Positions 11,660 to 23,131 are shown, numbered from the stretch's first letter. The stretch: 57,072 bases of DNA from Emiliania huxleyi CCMP1516 (GCF_000372725.1 NW_005201286.1:292105-349176), one strand, 5' to 3'. Made by a program: numbers and translations. The notes: generated from the sequence alone by a model not told the origin.

Positions 11660-11800
11660 GGAGCGCGCTGTAGAGCTCTACATCCGGCGCGGGACAGACT
11701 GCGTGCGTTGTAGAGCGATGTAGACGGAAGACGCGAATTCACAGTGAATTGACAGTGAATTCACTAAGTAAATCGCGCTCTACATGCGCTCTACAGCGGT
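11660..11800. repeat. Imperfect foldback made of TGTAGAGC/GCTCTACA units around a GAATTCAC/GTGAATT core
   Basis: The left arm tgtagagcgatgtaga...cgcgaatt is complementary to the right arm aaatcgcgctctacatgcgctctaca. Confidence 0.6.
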
Positions 11801-12285
11801 CAGCGCTCGCGAGTTTTGGCATCCCTAGAGCTAGACCCCTACTGGGCAGCCTCGAGGGCGAGCGACACGGCAGCCGCTTCTCCCGCGCGCTACTCGCTCG
11901 TGGCGGCGCCATGCCTGACCCTTCCCAAGCTGCTACGAACGAACGAGTCCGGAGCCTGACTTGAGCACTTGAGCACTGGATAGGGCCGATTCCGCGTGGT
12001 ACGGGACCCCTCGATCGTCTCGCCCTCCCTCACTGACGCTGAGCGCGGCGGGGCCGCACCGGCCGGGCGAGGCTGACTGACCAGGCAGCCTCCCCCGCGT
12101 CTGCGCCAGCGCCAGGCTGGTTCGGGAGAAAAACTACTACAACTGTATGTGGAGTCTGTGGCACCTCCGGCACACCCTCCCTGGCAGCGGAGAGCCCCGA
12201 ACCCTGGGATTCGGCGTTAGGGTGCTGGCGCGACATGATTTCAGCCTTTCCGCGATTTCGGCCCGCCGCTGACGCGCGCAGTCGC

Positions 12286-13360
12286 ATGCAGCTGCTGGGC
12301 ACGGACGGCGCCGGCCTTCCCATTGTACTAATTCGCAACTATGACGGAAAACGGGGCGACGCCCTCGCTTCCGACGTCGAGAAGGCGCTCGGGATCCACA
12401 TGGTGCACCAGGACCCGCAGCGGAACATCAGCGGGTGCGGCGGTGCGGCGCAGACCGATGCGCCGTCCGACAAGTACCAGATCATCAAGGGCATCATCAA
12501 CTACGAGTTCGTGCACGGCGAAGAGTATGTGGACAGCTGCAAGGCGCTCGATATGGCGGGTCGCGATTTTGTCGCGAACGCGCTCTCCCTCATCGAGCCC
12601 CACCTGTGCGAAGCGTCGACTCTCGCCGCACTGCCCGCCCTCGACGCGCTGCCGACGACCGCCAGGCCGCTCGGCAAGGACTCGGTCGACAAGGACTCGA
12701 AGCCAAGCCGTGTCGAGACGCAGGTCCTCTCGTACCCGGCCGGTACGGCTGAGGTAGGCTACCACCCGCACGTCGACAAGACGGGCACGCGCTGGGTCGC
12801 CCTCGCCAGCCTCGGCACCGCGCCGTGCGACTTCTTCTGGGACATCGCACGCCCGGACAAGCAGCGCAGGAGCTGCGCCGCCGGCTCTTCAGGGTTCAAC
12901 GCCGGCTCCTGCGAGCGGTGGGACCCGGACGCGGCGTCGCGGCATGGCAGCAAGGGGCGGCCGACCAAGCTCAAGGGCGGCAAGGCCGCCGATCGCGTGC
13001 CGTGCCGCAGCTGCCGAACGGTGACGATGGCGCCCGGCGACGTGCTCGTCTTTTGCGGCGAGCCCTTCTCCTCCCGCGTCGTGCATGGCGTGGACTCGGT
13101 CGGCGCGTCCGACCCGCTGCGCGAGGCCGCGGTGAACGCCGCCGGGCTGGGATGGCTCCGCGGCCGGCGCATCTCTTTGCTGGCGCGCGGCGCGAACCAC
13201 CGCGAGCGCATCGTCGAGTACGACCAGATGCACGAGCACTGCACCGCAGAATACCTCCAGAGGGTCCTGCCCGGCGAGGTTCTCGCGTCCGAGCTGACGC
13301 GTGCGCGGCAACGCGCGCTGGGCGGCGGCGGCAGCGGCCGCGGCGGGTGGCGGCCACCCG
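12286..13360 (+). CDS. 2OG-Fe(II) dioxygenase, AlkB-like fold (probably the first exon of a larger gene)
   Basis: HPHVD (HxD), LASLG, GDVLVF, HGV and RISLLAR (2OG-binding RxxxxxR) occur in the expected order within ORF 12235..13407. Confidence 0.75.
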
Positions 13361-13535
13361 TGGTCACCCTTGGCGTCCCTCTTGAAAACCTCAACTGCTT
13401 TTTCTAATTATTATCACAATTATTTGCCTGGGAAGCATAATGCCTTAATCTATTTCCTTAACTAGATGTTATATCCTTGCCCAGATTGATGCTCTGGATT
13501 TGCACCGTCATGTTAACATGGCCTATCTTGGTTTT

Positions 13536-13635
13536 NNNNNNNNNNNNNNNNNNNNNNNNNNNNNNNNNNNNNNNNNNNNNNNNNNNNNNNNNNNNNNNNN
13601 NNNNNNNNNNNNNNNNNNNNNNNNNNNNNNNNNNN
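13536..13635. other. Assembly gap (100 N)
   Basis: Run of N. Confidence 1.
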
Positions 13636-14262
13636 CCACCCGCAACGAGCAACAGCCCCTACCAGCGCGCGCCCGGAAAGCCCGCTTGCCTCCACGGCGT
13701 GAACTGCTACCGCAAGAACCCGGCTCACTGGTTGGAATACGACCACCCCGCCGACCACCCGCACCTCGCGCCGCCCGCCGCGCCGCCGCCGACCGCCGTA
13801 CTGCCGCCGCCCGCCACGCCGCCGCCGCCGCCGCCCGCCGCGCCGCCCACCAAGAAGCGCGCGCGGCCCGACGACGACGGGGCCTCGCCGCCGCCGCTGA
13901 GAGTGCCGGTCGCGCGGATCGACCAGGCGAAGGAGCTCTTGGCGCTGCTGCGGACGACAGGGGAGGCGACCGAGCGCAGGCTGGCAGTTCGCGGGTCCTC
14001 CTTCTCTGGCGACCAGAAGCTGATGCAGTTCGCGAAAAAGGCGGCGGACCGCGACGACGTGGCGGCGGACCGCACGCCTGGCCGGTCGAGGCGGCAGCGG
14101 TGCGGCAATTGTGGGTTGCTCGCGACGGAGCACACGCGATCGAGCCGGGGGCAAGGGGCGAGCGCGCACGCCGGAGAGAAGTACTACTCGTGCTCTGTGA
14201 CGAGGAACTGCCACAACTTCTCCGATGACGAGAAGCGCCGGGTAGGACTGCGAGTGATGTGA
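13636..14262 (+). CDS. Exon encoding a PBZ (zf-CCHH) poly(ADP-ribose)-binding finger and a C-terminal GRF-like zinc finger
   Basis: KPACLHGVNCYRKNPAHWLEYDHP fits the PBZ pattern (C-x5-CYRKN-x2-H-x5-HP). CGNCG...AGEKYYSC...CHNF resembles zf-GRF. KKRAR is NLS-like. Confidence 0.8.
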   Translation, partial: PPATSNSPYQRAPGKPACLHGVNCYRKNPAHWLEYDHPADHPHLAPPAAPPPTAVLPPPATPPPPPPAAPPTKKRARPDDDGASPPPLRVPVARIDQAKELLALLRTTGEATERRLAVRGSSFSGDQKLMQFAKKAADRDDVAADRTPGRSRRQRCGNCGLLATEHTRSSRGQGASAHAGEKYYSCSVTRNCHNFSDDEKRRVGLRVM

Positions 14263-15745
14263 AGGGCCGTGCCCGATAGAGCGCAGCCAAGACGAAGCCG
14301 TGGGGGGGCTTGGTCTTTCACCACGCAAGCAATGTACTCCAATACAGTTGTGTTGTTTTGCACACACACGACACACCACCCGCACACTGGCACGTGGCCG
14401 TGGGGCACGGTGTGCACGGTGAAACATGCTGAAAGCTCCCTCCGTCTCGCCGGGTCGCCGCGCCGCCTCCCTCGCCATCTCCGCATCTGAGGTGTGTCGA
14501 GCCGCCTGTGAGTGAGAGAGTTGTGTCAGTTCTCTGCACTCTGGTAGAGGACGGGAACGGGGAACGAGATGAGATAGAGTAGGGAGTAGAAGAAAGCAAA
14601 GAGGAGCCCTGCGCACGCACGACTCCGCAGGAGAAGCCCCTCCCCAGACAAAACACAAGGGAGAGGTGGGTGGGTCACAGAAAAACTGCGGCCGCCAGCG
14701 ACTGAGCGTCTCGCTGGCGGACGGGGAGAGGAACACAAAGGGACGTACGGTACGGACGTCCATCCACTGGGATGAGAGTAATGGAAAGATGAGGTCGAAT
14801 CTGCTGATTCAACAGCCGCCCAAAGGAGCGCCGCCTCAACACGGGGTATCGGCTCTATCGAGCCATGCTAGCTCCAGCCGCAACCCCACCCGGCCGCCCG
14901 AGCGTGTTCCCGCAAAGCAGAGAAGACTAATTCCTGGGGGAAGCAACCGTCTCTCGAGCGTGCCGCGCGCGTCCGCCGCCCGACGAGGACGGCGCGCAGC
15001 GAGGCCAGGTTGCCCACCGACAGATCGACGAGCAGTCTCCGGCTCGTCATAGCTCCCCCCTCCCCCCCTGGACGCCCCCGTGGCCTAAAGTCTGGGCAGG
15101 TTGTGGAGGACACGTCGACACGATCCCGGCGTGAACACGACTAACTGACGGATCCGCTCCTGACAGTGGCACGCACCGCGCCGCGCCGCGTGCGACTGTC
15201 TCTTTGTTTGAAGTTAAAAAGTCGAATCAGAGCCGGGTGTCGGCGTTGTCCTCCAGTTTCCTCCTCTGGCCCCCCCGTCCGGGACCGCTCCGGGGACGCA
15301 CGGCGGCAAACCCATCAAGCTGCTATGAGGCCCCGGCATCGCCTCCCCTGGCTTAGCTCGAATGAGAGATATTGTGCACATGGTTAGTCTCTACAGTATG
15401 TACACTGACACTGAACCTCCCAGAGCTCGTCCCTGTCCGCCACGGCCATCCTCGGCCTCCGGAGGGCCCCCGGCCGCTGCGCGGTGCGGCGGCGTCACAA
15501 ATCCGACAACAGAGCACCGGGACGCGGTCGGGCGATCTGAGGCCCAACTAGGCGTATGCATTGCCTGGACCTATCAACAGGCGCCTGTGGCGCCGTGGTC
15601 AGGAGCTGCTGTTGACGTCGCCAGTTTTTTCTTGCGCGGCGTCCCGTCTCGCTCAGGAGCTGCGTTGCTTCGCCGCCGCCGCCGCCGCCTCCTCGGCCGC
15701 CCACCTCCGCCTCCGCGGCCGCCGCACGAGTTCAAAGTTCCGATC

Positions 15746-16921
15746 ATGCCGGACGACCTCCGCCTCGAGGCGCGCCTCTCTCGGCTCTCGCACGCCGCTC
15801 TGGTCAGCCTCGTCTGCGAGGCGTCGCGATCCAACCACGGCGTCGCCACAACCTCAAACACCTGCCTCGCCCGCCACTCGCCGCTGCCCGACTGGGCGGT
15901 GAGGGACGTGCTGCTTGACCCGGACCTCATCGCCTGCGTGCTCTCTCACGTCCACGGCGGCTCAGCTGCCGCCCGCGTGTGCACTGCCTGGAGGACGGCG
16001 TGGGACACGACTGACAGGCTCGTTTACGGGCTTGGCGGCGGCAGAGAAGCTGCCGGCCGGGCGTGCGGCGAGCTGCTTCGGCTGGTGAACAGATCCTCGC
16101 GCCGACCGCAGCAACCCATCGACGACAATCGTACGCGCGTCGCACAGCATCACGGCGGCATTGAGGCGCTCGTTGCGCTCGTCCGGCCCGGCCCGACAAC
16201 CGCAACCATCACCAACCTGGCCTTGCGGGTGCTGCGGAGCCTTGCAAAGACGCCCGCGGTCCCCGAGCGCATCATCGAGGCGGGCGGCGTCCAAAACCTG
16301 ATCGCCGTGCTGCGGCAAGTCACCTTCTTTCCAAACGACCCGTTCGAGAGCAAGCGGCTTGCGACGCAGTTGCTGGCGGCGTGCACGTCCTTGCACCCGC
16401 CGGCTCGCACGGCCGTCTGCGAGGCTCAAGGCATTCCGCAGCTCGCCAAGTTCGCGTTGCAGGCGCGAAGGCTCGTCGGTGAGGACACCTCCAGCGCGTG
16501 CGCGGCGGCGGCCGTCGCCGTGCTGCAGTGCGCAGCCAGCGTTCCCAGGAGCACCGAGCCGCCCGATGACCTCTGCCTCTCCGTTTCGGTTCGCCTTGTG
16601 CAGTGCGACCCGCAGCTGCAGTTCACCGACGGCCCCTTCTCCAAGCTCATGTGGAAGCTGCTGGCGGCCGACGCGCTGCTCGCCCTGGCCGCTCTGTCGA
16701 CGCCGGACATGGCTCCGCAGTGGAGGCGCGTGGGAGGCACGCAAGCCCTCGCAGCGCTCAGCTGCGACGATGCGGCGTGGGTCGATTGGAGCTCCCGCCT
16801 GAGGACCCCGAGCGGCGAGCCGAGGCCAATCGCGGTCAAGCAGCTGGCGGACCGCGGCCTCGCAAACCTGGGCGTGCGGGCGACGCGCTCGACCCTCCGC
16901 TCTGTGCGGGTCGGGGCATGA
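15746..16921 (+). CDS. F-box-like plus armadillo-repeat protein
   Basis: PLPDWAVRDVLLDPDLIACVL...ARVCTAWR (F-box-like), then ARM-like GGIEALVALV, IIEAGGVQNLIAVL, AQGIPQL and GGTQALAAL. Confidence 0.72.
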   Translation: MPDDLRLEARLSRLSHAALVSLVCEASRSNHGVATTSNTCLARHSPLPDWAVRDVLLDPDLIACVLSHVHGGSAAARVCTAWRTAWDTTDRLVYGLGGGREAAGRACGELLRLVNRSSRRPQQPIDDNRTRVAQHHGGIEALVALVRPGPTTATITNLALRVLRSLAKTPAVPERIIEAGGVQNLIAVLRQVTFFPNDPFESKRLATQLLAACTSLHPPARTAVCEAQGIPQLAKFALQARRLVGEDTSSACAAAAVAVLQCAASVPRSTEPPDDLCLSVSVRLVQCDPQLQFTDGPFSKLMWKLLAADALLALAALSTPDMAPQWRRVGGTQALAALSCDDAAWVDWSSRLRTPSGEPRPIAVKQLADRGLANLGVRATRSTLRSVRVGA

Positions 16922-17629
16922 GCGGCAGCGATCGATGACGGCACGGGGCCGCCGCCGCGGCCGCCCCGTCCAAGAGAGAGGGGCAGGCGATGGACTTGCG
17001 GCAGCAGAGGAAGGATCCTCCAGCCTGTTTGATTCTATCCAGCGGCCGGGGAACCAGAGGGAGAGTGAAGTGGGCCGGAGTGTGAGGTGTGTGTGACTCA
17101 CTGTGAGAGCACCGGACTCCGGACACCCACCTGGGCGCTCGAGGGAAATCGGCATGTGAGGAGCGGGGCAGCGGGCGAGCGCCGGCAGGGCGCACTGAAG
17201 CTCGCGTTCCAAGACCACATAAAGTTATTGCTTTCGACACACGAGTACTTGGAGTTATCGATCCCCCCCCCCCCCCCCCGAGGCCGGAGCAGAGGCCAGA
17301 GGCTTCTTTCTACACTTTTCCTTTCTCTCTCTCTCTCCATGCACACTCGCTGCAAAGCAATGCAATTATAGTAGAAAACTTAGTAGTGCAAAATAGACGT
17401 GGGAGGAGTGATGAGATTTGCTTGCGTGAGTGAGTGAGTATTCTTGATACGACCCACGTGCCACGACGGCACACCACCAGAGAGAAAGATTTTGAAAACC
17501 AACACAACAAAATTCCCTCACACAACACAGGGCACGGGACTGGCGCGCACTGGCACTAACACAGGTACATACCACGGGCGCCAACAAGAATTTTACAACA
17601 AAGCTCCCTCGCACGACACTGGGCACGGA

Positions 17630-17716
17630 TCACGACTCTCACAGTGATTGGGCTCGGCAGCTTGTTGGCTCACAGCCAATGAATTCGACGCGGTCGGCCT
17701 TGCGGAGAGAGGCTGC
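17630..17716. repeat. Dispersed repeat shared with ~54417-54558; partial copy at ~21414-21433
   Basis: tcacagtgattgggctcggcagcttgtt...ttcgacgcggtcg...ccttgcggagaga is repeated at 54.4-54.6 kb. accaacaagaaatcacga occurs at both 21.4 and 54.4 kb. Confidence 0.75.
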
Positions 17717-18165
17717 CAGCAAGTTGACGATCGCTGTGTACTTCATGGTGGGACGGCTGACTCGGCCCATACAGGATGCCACGCGACTGCCTGAAGGGGA
17801 GGGGGGCGAGGCTAGAGCGCAGAGGCAGACTCAGCTGCTCTCTCCACGCCAGTCCACTCGCATCGGTTGCCTCCATGAACGGCGGAGCTATTCTCGCGTC
17901 CACACCATACTGTGCACCACACCTACACCTGGCTCCAACTTGGACACGCCCGCATACACAGGAACACAACACAGGATTCCTACACACACTGCTGGGTGGG
18001 TGGGGGCAGGCACTAGGTCACGCATGGCATCGGAAGTCTTACTTACCTAAAGGCATCTCTAGCAGCGCCGTTCGTTACGCGTGCGGCATCCCCCCCACAC
18101 ACTTGCTTAGCCTGCATGACCGGCTCATGGTCGAGCTCTCGAAAGTTACACTAGAGACTAGAGCT

Positions 18166-19429
18166 GATCCCGGACAAAACAGATTTTCGGCCCCCGTTAC
18201 GTGACGCCCTTGGAGCACTTGGAGTGCAGTTATCAACCTCACATCCAGGGCGGGGAGCTAAGAAGCGCACCCAGCGAGCCGGATGATCGGTGTCGGGTTA
18301 CGGCTAGAGAGCCCTAGCCCCGGGGGTGCGCGTTCGCAGGGAAAGGGCCGTAAAGTAAACACGGGTCTCCGAGGGTTAGTTCCGTGTACCGGGTTTCCCC
18401 TTAACTGCAGAACGCCCCCTCTACTCGGAGCTAACGAAGCCCGGTACAGATTTTGCCCCCGTTACGCGTTGCGCCAGCGATTTTCGCTCGCGCCCGCCGC
18501 AGCGCCGATGCAAAGTGCCTACGGAGCGGCACTTGCAACCGTCTCATGCACATGCTGGCTAGGCTGCGACCACCTGCCAGCTGCCGCACGCCTCATCTGC
18601 GTGCTGTGACGGGTCGTATGCGCATCTTTGCATGCAAGCTAGTGCAAGGTCACCGACGTCACGTCTGTCAGACTGTCACGGTGTCGTGTGTCAACGGTCT
18701 AACCGCAAACAGTTTCTCTCGTCTCCGTGACCGAGTCGCGGCCCGCGGCGGGTGCGGGGTGGTGTGTGCCTGTGTGCGTCCTCGACGGCCAGTCAATGCA
18801 TTTCCTACATTTGACAGACTGGGAAGGAGCTAAGATCCTCCCTGCACCCTGGACAAGATGAAGACGTGGAGAGCTGTGTATGGTTCCAGGTGGTGCGAGG
18901 ACAAAGGCCTTGCTGTCCGAATCATGGCGCACCGCTGCACCGCACAATCTGGGCGCACCCTGGCCATCTGAGATCTGTGCGGACTGATTCCGACCTCCCT
19001 GAGGGCGAAGAGTACCTCACAGAGGAGACCGACGGTAACTTGACAGGGGCCGACTTCTCCTGCTGGCACCTTTGGCGGGTCAGACAGCCACTTGATGGAT
19101 TGATTGCTGGGCACGTGTTCTGGAAATTCGTTCTTGCGCCCGAGGTGAGAGCGCCAAAACGGAACTGGGCGGGGCTCGAACAGGGCTCGATCGATGCAGC
19201 TGGATGGGTCCACATTCGGGAGCTCGATCTAGATGACTGCATCATCTGTGACCCACAAGCCCTAATGGATGGGACGACCTCTTGCATAACGAGTTCTATC
19301 ACCTTGTGCATGACACATTTTTTTGGCTCAGCGTTACGCCTCGATGCAGATTTCGACCCCCCGTTACGCCCTCGGTACAGATTTTTCGGGCCCGGTTACG
19401 AAAATCTGTTTTGTGTTTTGTCCGGGATC
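18166..19429. mobile_element. Degenerate non-autonomous TIR element with subterminal CAGATTTT-CCCCGTTACG repeats (hAT-like organisation)
   Basis: Left GATCCCGGACAAAACAGATTTTCG and right CGAAAATCTGTTTTG(TGTTTTG)TCCGGGATC are inverted. The motif cagatttt..cccc(c)gttacg occurs at ~18180, 18447, 19347 and 19378. No clear TSD. Confidence 0.65.
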
Positions 19430-19608
19430 TGTATGTCGTGTGAGTTGGGATTACCTGCCGGACGAACGATACCGGTTGGAGGCGCACGACACACGCCTGT
19501 GACTAACTACTATAGCGGTTAGAAGTCGGTTACACAAATTAGTCAGCAGGTGTGGCGGTTTGAGGCCTTTTCCGTCCGCCCGTTTTGCAGGTCCAAAGTA
19601 AATTCATA

Positions 19609-19783
19609 TGAAAGTGCTTGTTTGAAAGTAAAGTCTTGCCACGTCTTTCCTGATATGGTGGTACGCATTTTTGCACACTAGCCAACGTCATGGCCGTAAT
19701 GAAAGTACTTTGAAAGTAAAGTCTTGCAACGTCTTTCCCTGAGATATGGTGGTACGCATTTGCACACTAACCAACGTCATGGC
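19609..19783. repeat. Tandem duplication of an AT-rich unit of ~88 bp (2 copies)
   Basis: tgaaagt...tttgaaagtaaagtcttgc(c/a)acgtctttcc..gatatggtggtacgcattt..gcacacta(g/a)ccaacgtcatggc occurs twice. Confidence 0.9.
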
Positions 19784-19918
19784 GGCCTGGTGTCGGGAGA
19801 CTTGGCGCGCTTGAGATCGACTGGGCAGGGGCTGGAGGAGAGTGGCGGAACCCGGCCGTGGCCGCTCGGATGCCGGTCTGTCCGTCGCACCGCGTCGGTG
19901 TATGGACACTGGAGTAGG

Positions 19919-20108
19919 CAGTCGCGCTCCCAATACGTGCATCACTTTTGTGACAGGTCTCAGACTTTGAGCGGCCATATCTCGGTAACTATGGGCCCCC
20001 GTTCCAAATCCGAAGAGTTTTCAGGTGGACCATCAATAGTTACCGGATATGGCCGCTCAAAGTCTGAGACCTGTCACAAAAGTGATGCACGTATTGGGAG
20101 CGCGACTG
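19919..20108. mobile_element. MITE, 190 bp, with ~63-bp perfect TIRs (CAGTCGCGCTCCCAATACG...) and a 4-bp TAGG flanking duplication
   Basis: Arms at 19919-19981 and 20046-20108 are exact reverse complements. TAGG lies at 19915-19918 and 20109-20112. Confidence 0.92.
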
Positions 20109-20486
20109 TAGGACGGTCGAACAGTATCGTATGGACGGACCCCCAAAATCTCAACCAGAACCAGAGGACAGGACCCACACCGGCGACGAACGACCTGGTC
20201 GGTGACTCACAATTTAGAGCCTGTGAGCAGTGTGTCGTCCAGCTGGTTGGTGTCGTCGTCCTGTGCCTGTGTGACCGTTCCGCGCTGTCTTCTGTCCTGG
20301 GCTGAGATGTTGGTTGATACTTTGTTGTAGGGATATTTTGGAGATTTTCGGGGGGCAGCTGCCACCATATGCACCCCCAGGCTGAGGCGGTTACAGAGAG
20401 GATCACGCGCAACCGCAATAAAATGCAAACCTGCCTCCCATCCAGGGAGCTGAAACCCTGCCTGTCAACCACACGTCACCACAGCC

Positions 20487-21126
20487 ATGAACTCGTTCGC
20501 GCGGCGCGGCGTGGAGTCGAGTCCGTTCGTGCGCATGCTGAAGCGGAGCGGACGCACGCGGCAGCGCACCCTCGTCGCAGCCGTGCTGGGCACCTTCTTC
20601 TGCTTTGCCGCCTTTTTCCATCACTACGAGCAGATCAACGACGACTCGACCGTCTTCACGTGGTTCGGCATGCGATCGGACGGACGGTGCGGCCGCGACT
20701 TTGGCATGGAGCACGTCAAGGAGATCACCTGCGGCAAGGGCGCCTGCTGCTCCTCCCACGGCTGGTGCGGCCACGGAGAGGAGTACTGCTCGGTCGCGCT
20801 CGGCTGCCAGAACGGCTGCTGGCCGGCAGACCCGAATGCACGGCCGGAGACGCCCGATGACGAGCCGGACGACCGCTACCGCCACCACATGATGGACGAC
20901 GACGGCGGCCACTACCGCGACCGCGATAGGTACGATGACTACCGACACGGCGACTACCACCACGACGACTATCACCACAGGTGACTGCCTCTGCTCCCTT
21001 CCGGGCCTGGGCGGGAGAATTGGCCCACACGCGTTCGCCTCTTCCCACAGGTACGACGACATGCACCCCGACCACGACGAGCCCGACCACGAGGTTCCTG
21101 ATCACGACGATCACGACGAGGGCTGA
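20487..21126 (+). CDS. Type II membrane protein with a hevein/CBM18 chitin-binding domain and a His/Asp-rich tail; exons 20487-20980 and 21051-21126
   Basis: TM LVAAVLGTFFCFAAFF. DGRCG...CGKGACCSSHGWCGHGEEYC...GCQNGC is the hevein consensus. GT-AG intron 20981-21050. Confidence 0.85.
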
Positions 21127-21844
21127 GGCCAAAAGGGGAGGGCGTGTCGGCGGTCTCTGGGGGCGGATTCGGCCGTGCAGTAGGTGGGCAGCTCTTCGAG
21201 CGGTGCTGCGGCCATGTCAGCGGACTCTCCCCGCAGTGTGTCGCTCCTCGATGGCGCCTCTGTTTGTAGCTCAGGGTGACAGGGAGCGCGAGAGCTTTGT
21301 GTGCCGTGAGTGCTCTCTCTTGACTTCTTTACTTCGATCTTCAGTGAATCTGTCACAGTGTATGTACGGCTTAAGTTTTTGTTATGACTCTGTCGAAGAG
21401 AGAGGAATTGGAAACCAACAAGAAATCACGACTCTTGTCGAAGAGCGAGGAGCACATATGACCTAAATGTCGTGTGACGACGATTGTACGTATCGGCTTC
21501 TATGGTTGCTGTCATCCGGATCCCCCCACACCTGCCCCTCCTTCTTCAGCTTATTGTGAGTGAGCTTCTGGCGAGTAGAGGCACACGCACGCTCTTCGAG
21601 GTCTCTTGGAGCAGAGCCCCTGCGAGCCCTCGAAAGAGCCCAATGGGTCCCTCGAGAGGGTACCCTGGGTGGGCGGGGCCTCTACTCGCAAGAGTGAGCT
21701 TTGTGTTTAGGTGCAGCACAATAAGAAATACTCGGGGGCGCTTCGCGCGAGGCTTGCGAGGCGCACCCCTGCCAATCTCTGACCAACCCCGCACTCGGGC
21801 CCACTCCAAGCCTCGAAAGCGCTGTCGAAGTTCACACACAGACG

Positions 21845-23131
21845 ATGCTCGCACGGCTGCTCGGCCGTTGGTTCGACAGCGCGCTCGCCATTCTCGGCCG
21901 CCACCCGCCTCTGGCCCGCCGCCTGCTCGGCGCCCTCGTTGCTTACCTGCGCCTAACGCCAATTCGACTTGGCCAGCGCTCGCTGCTCGCCTTCTGCACG
22001 CGCTCGCTCCTTCCTACACTCCCGCCCTTTGACGACGCGGTCGTAACGCTCCGGGCGTGCGAAGCCGTCCGGCTCCGCTGCTTCCAGCTCGGCGGCTCGC
22101 ACAAGGCAGACATTCTGTCTGAGTGGCTGCTGCTGACGGGAGTGTGGCAGCCCGCCCTCACGAGCTACCTGCTGCGCGCGCTCTCGCCGGGCGACACGCT
22201 CATCGACGTGGGCGCCAACACGGGCTACTTTGCGCTGCTGGGCGCCGCGAGGGTCGGTAGTCGTGGCAGCGTCGTCGCCGTCGAGGCCTGCCCGCGCACG
22301 CATGAGCGGCTGGTGGCGAACGTGGCACTCAACCCCGGGCTCACGGTCGAGGCGGTGCAGGCGGCCGCCGCGGACGCCGAGGGCGAGCTCACGCTCTACC
22401 AGCACAAGCGCGAGCCGCTGTACAACACGACGGTGGCCGGCGCGGGGGCAGGCGGCGTGGCGGCGGGCACCGATGTGTGGGCGCTGCTGCAGGGGAGCGG
22501 CGCGCTCGGCGCGCTCGGCGGAGCAGGCGCGAGCGGCGCCATGGGCGAGGTGTCGCGCCTGGCGGGCGGCGGCGTGTGGAGAGAGACGCGGGCACGCCGC
22601 TCCAGACGCTTCCAGAACAGCACCTCCAAAACAGCTCCCAGACTCCTCACGCGCTTCCCAAAGGGATCGGCTCTGCTGACGTGTAGTAAGGCACGTCCTA
22701 GGCCCTCCCCGGACACGCCCTTCGCCGCGCCCCGAAAGGTGCGCGCCGCGCCGCTCGACGCGCTGCTCAGCGAGGAGCAGGTGCGCACTGCGCGGCTGCT
22801 CAAGGTGGACGTCGAGGGCGGGGAGTGGGCGGTGCTGCGCGGCGCGGCTGCGCTGCTACGCGACGCACCGCCCACGCTCGAGGTGGTGGTCGAGGTGACG
22901 CCGCGGTGGCTCGCGCTGCAGGGGAGCAGCGTTCCCCAGCTGCTGCGCCACATGCGAGCCCTCGGCTTCTGGCCCTACATCCTGGCGCACGACGACTACG
23001 AGATCCGAAGAGCGCTGCCGCCGCCGCCGCCGCCTCCGCCGCCCCGCCGGCTGCGCTCCGACGAGCTGCCCGCCGGCTGCGACCAGGCTGACCTCGTCTT
23101 CAGCCGCAGGGACGTCGAGGCTTTGGTCTGA
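21845..23131 (+). CDS. FkbM-family SAM-dependent methyltransferase; probable in-frame intron 22592-22738
   Basis: IDVGANTGYF, VVAVEA, LLKVDVEGGEWAVLRGA and VVVEV motifs. The 147-nt GC..AG segment carries short ctccaga-type repeats. Confidence 0.9.
   Translation: MLARLLGRWFDSALAILGRHPPLARRLLGALVAYLRLTPIRLGQRSLLAFCTRSLLPTLPPFDDAVVTLRACEAVRLRCFQLGGSHKADILSEWLLLTGVWQPALTSYLLRALSPGDTLIDVGANTGYFALLGAARVGSRGSVVAVEACPRTHERLVANVALNPGLTVEAVQAAAADAEGELTLYQHKREPLYNTTVAGAGAGGVAAGTDVWALLQGSGALGALGGAGASGAMGEVSRLAGGGVWRETRARRSRRFQNSTSKTAPRLLTRFPKGSALLTCSKARPRPSPDTPFAAPRKVRAAPLDALLSEEQVRTARLLKVDVEGGEWAVLRGAAALLRDAPPTLEVVVEVTPRWLALQGSSVPQLLRHMRALGFWPYILAHDDYEIRRALPPPPPPPPPRRLRSDELPAGCDQADLVFSRRDVEALV

Noticed and set aside
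11817..11832. TGGCATCCCTAGAGC resembling a tRNA-Met primer-binding site
   Set aside because: Poor match, with no LTR pair or gag/pol nearby.
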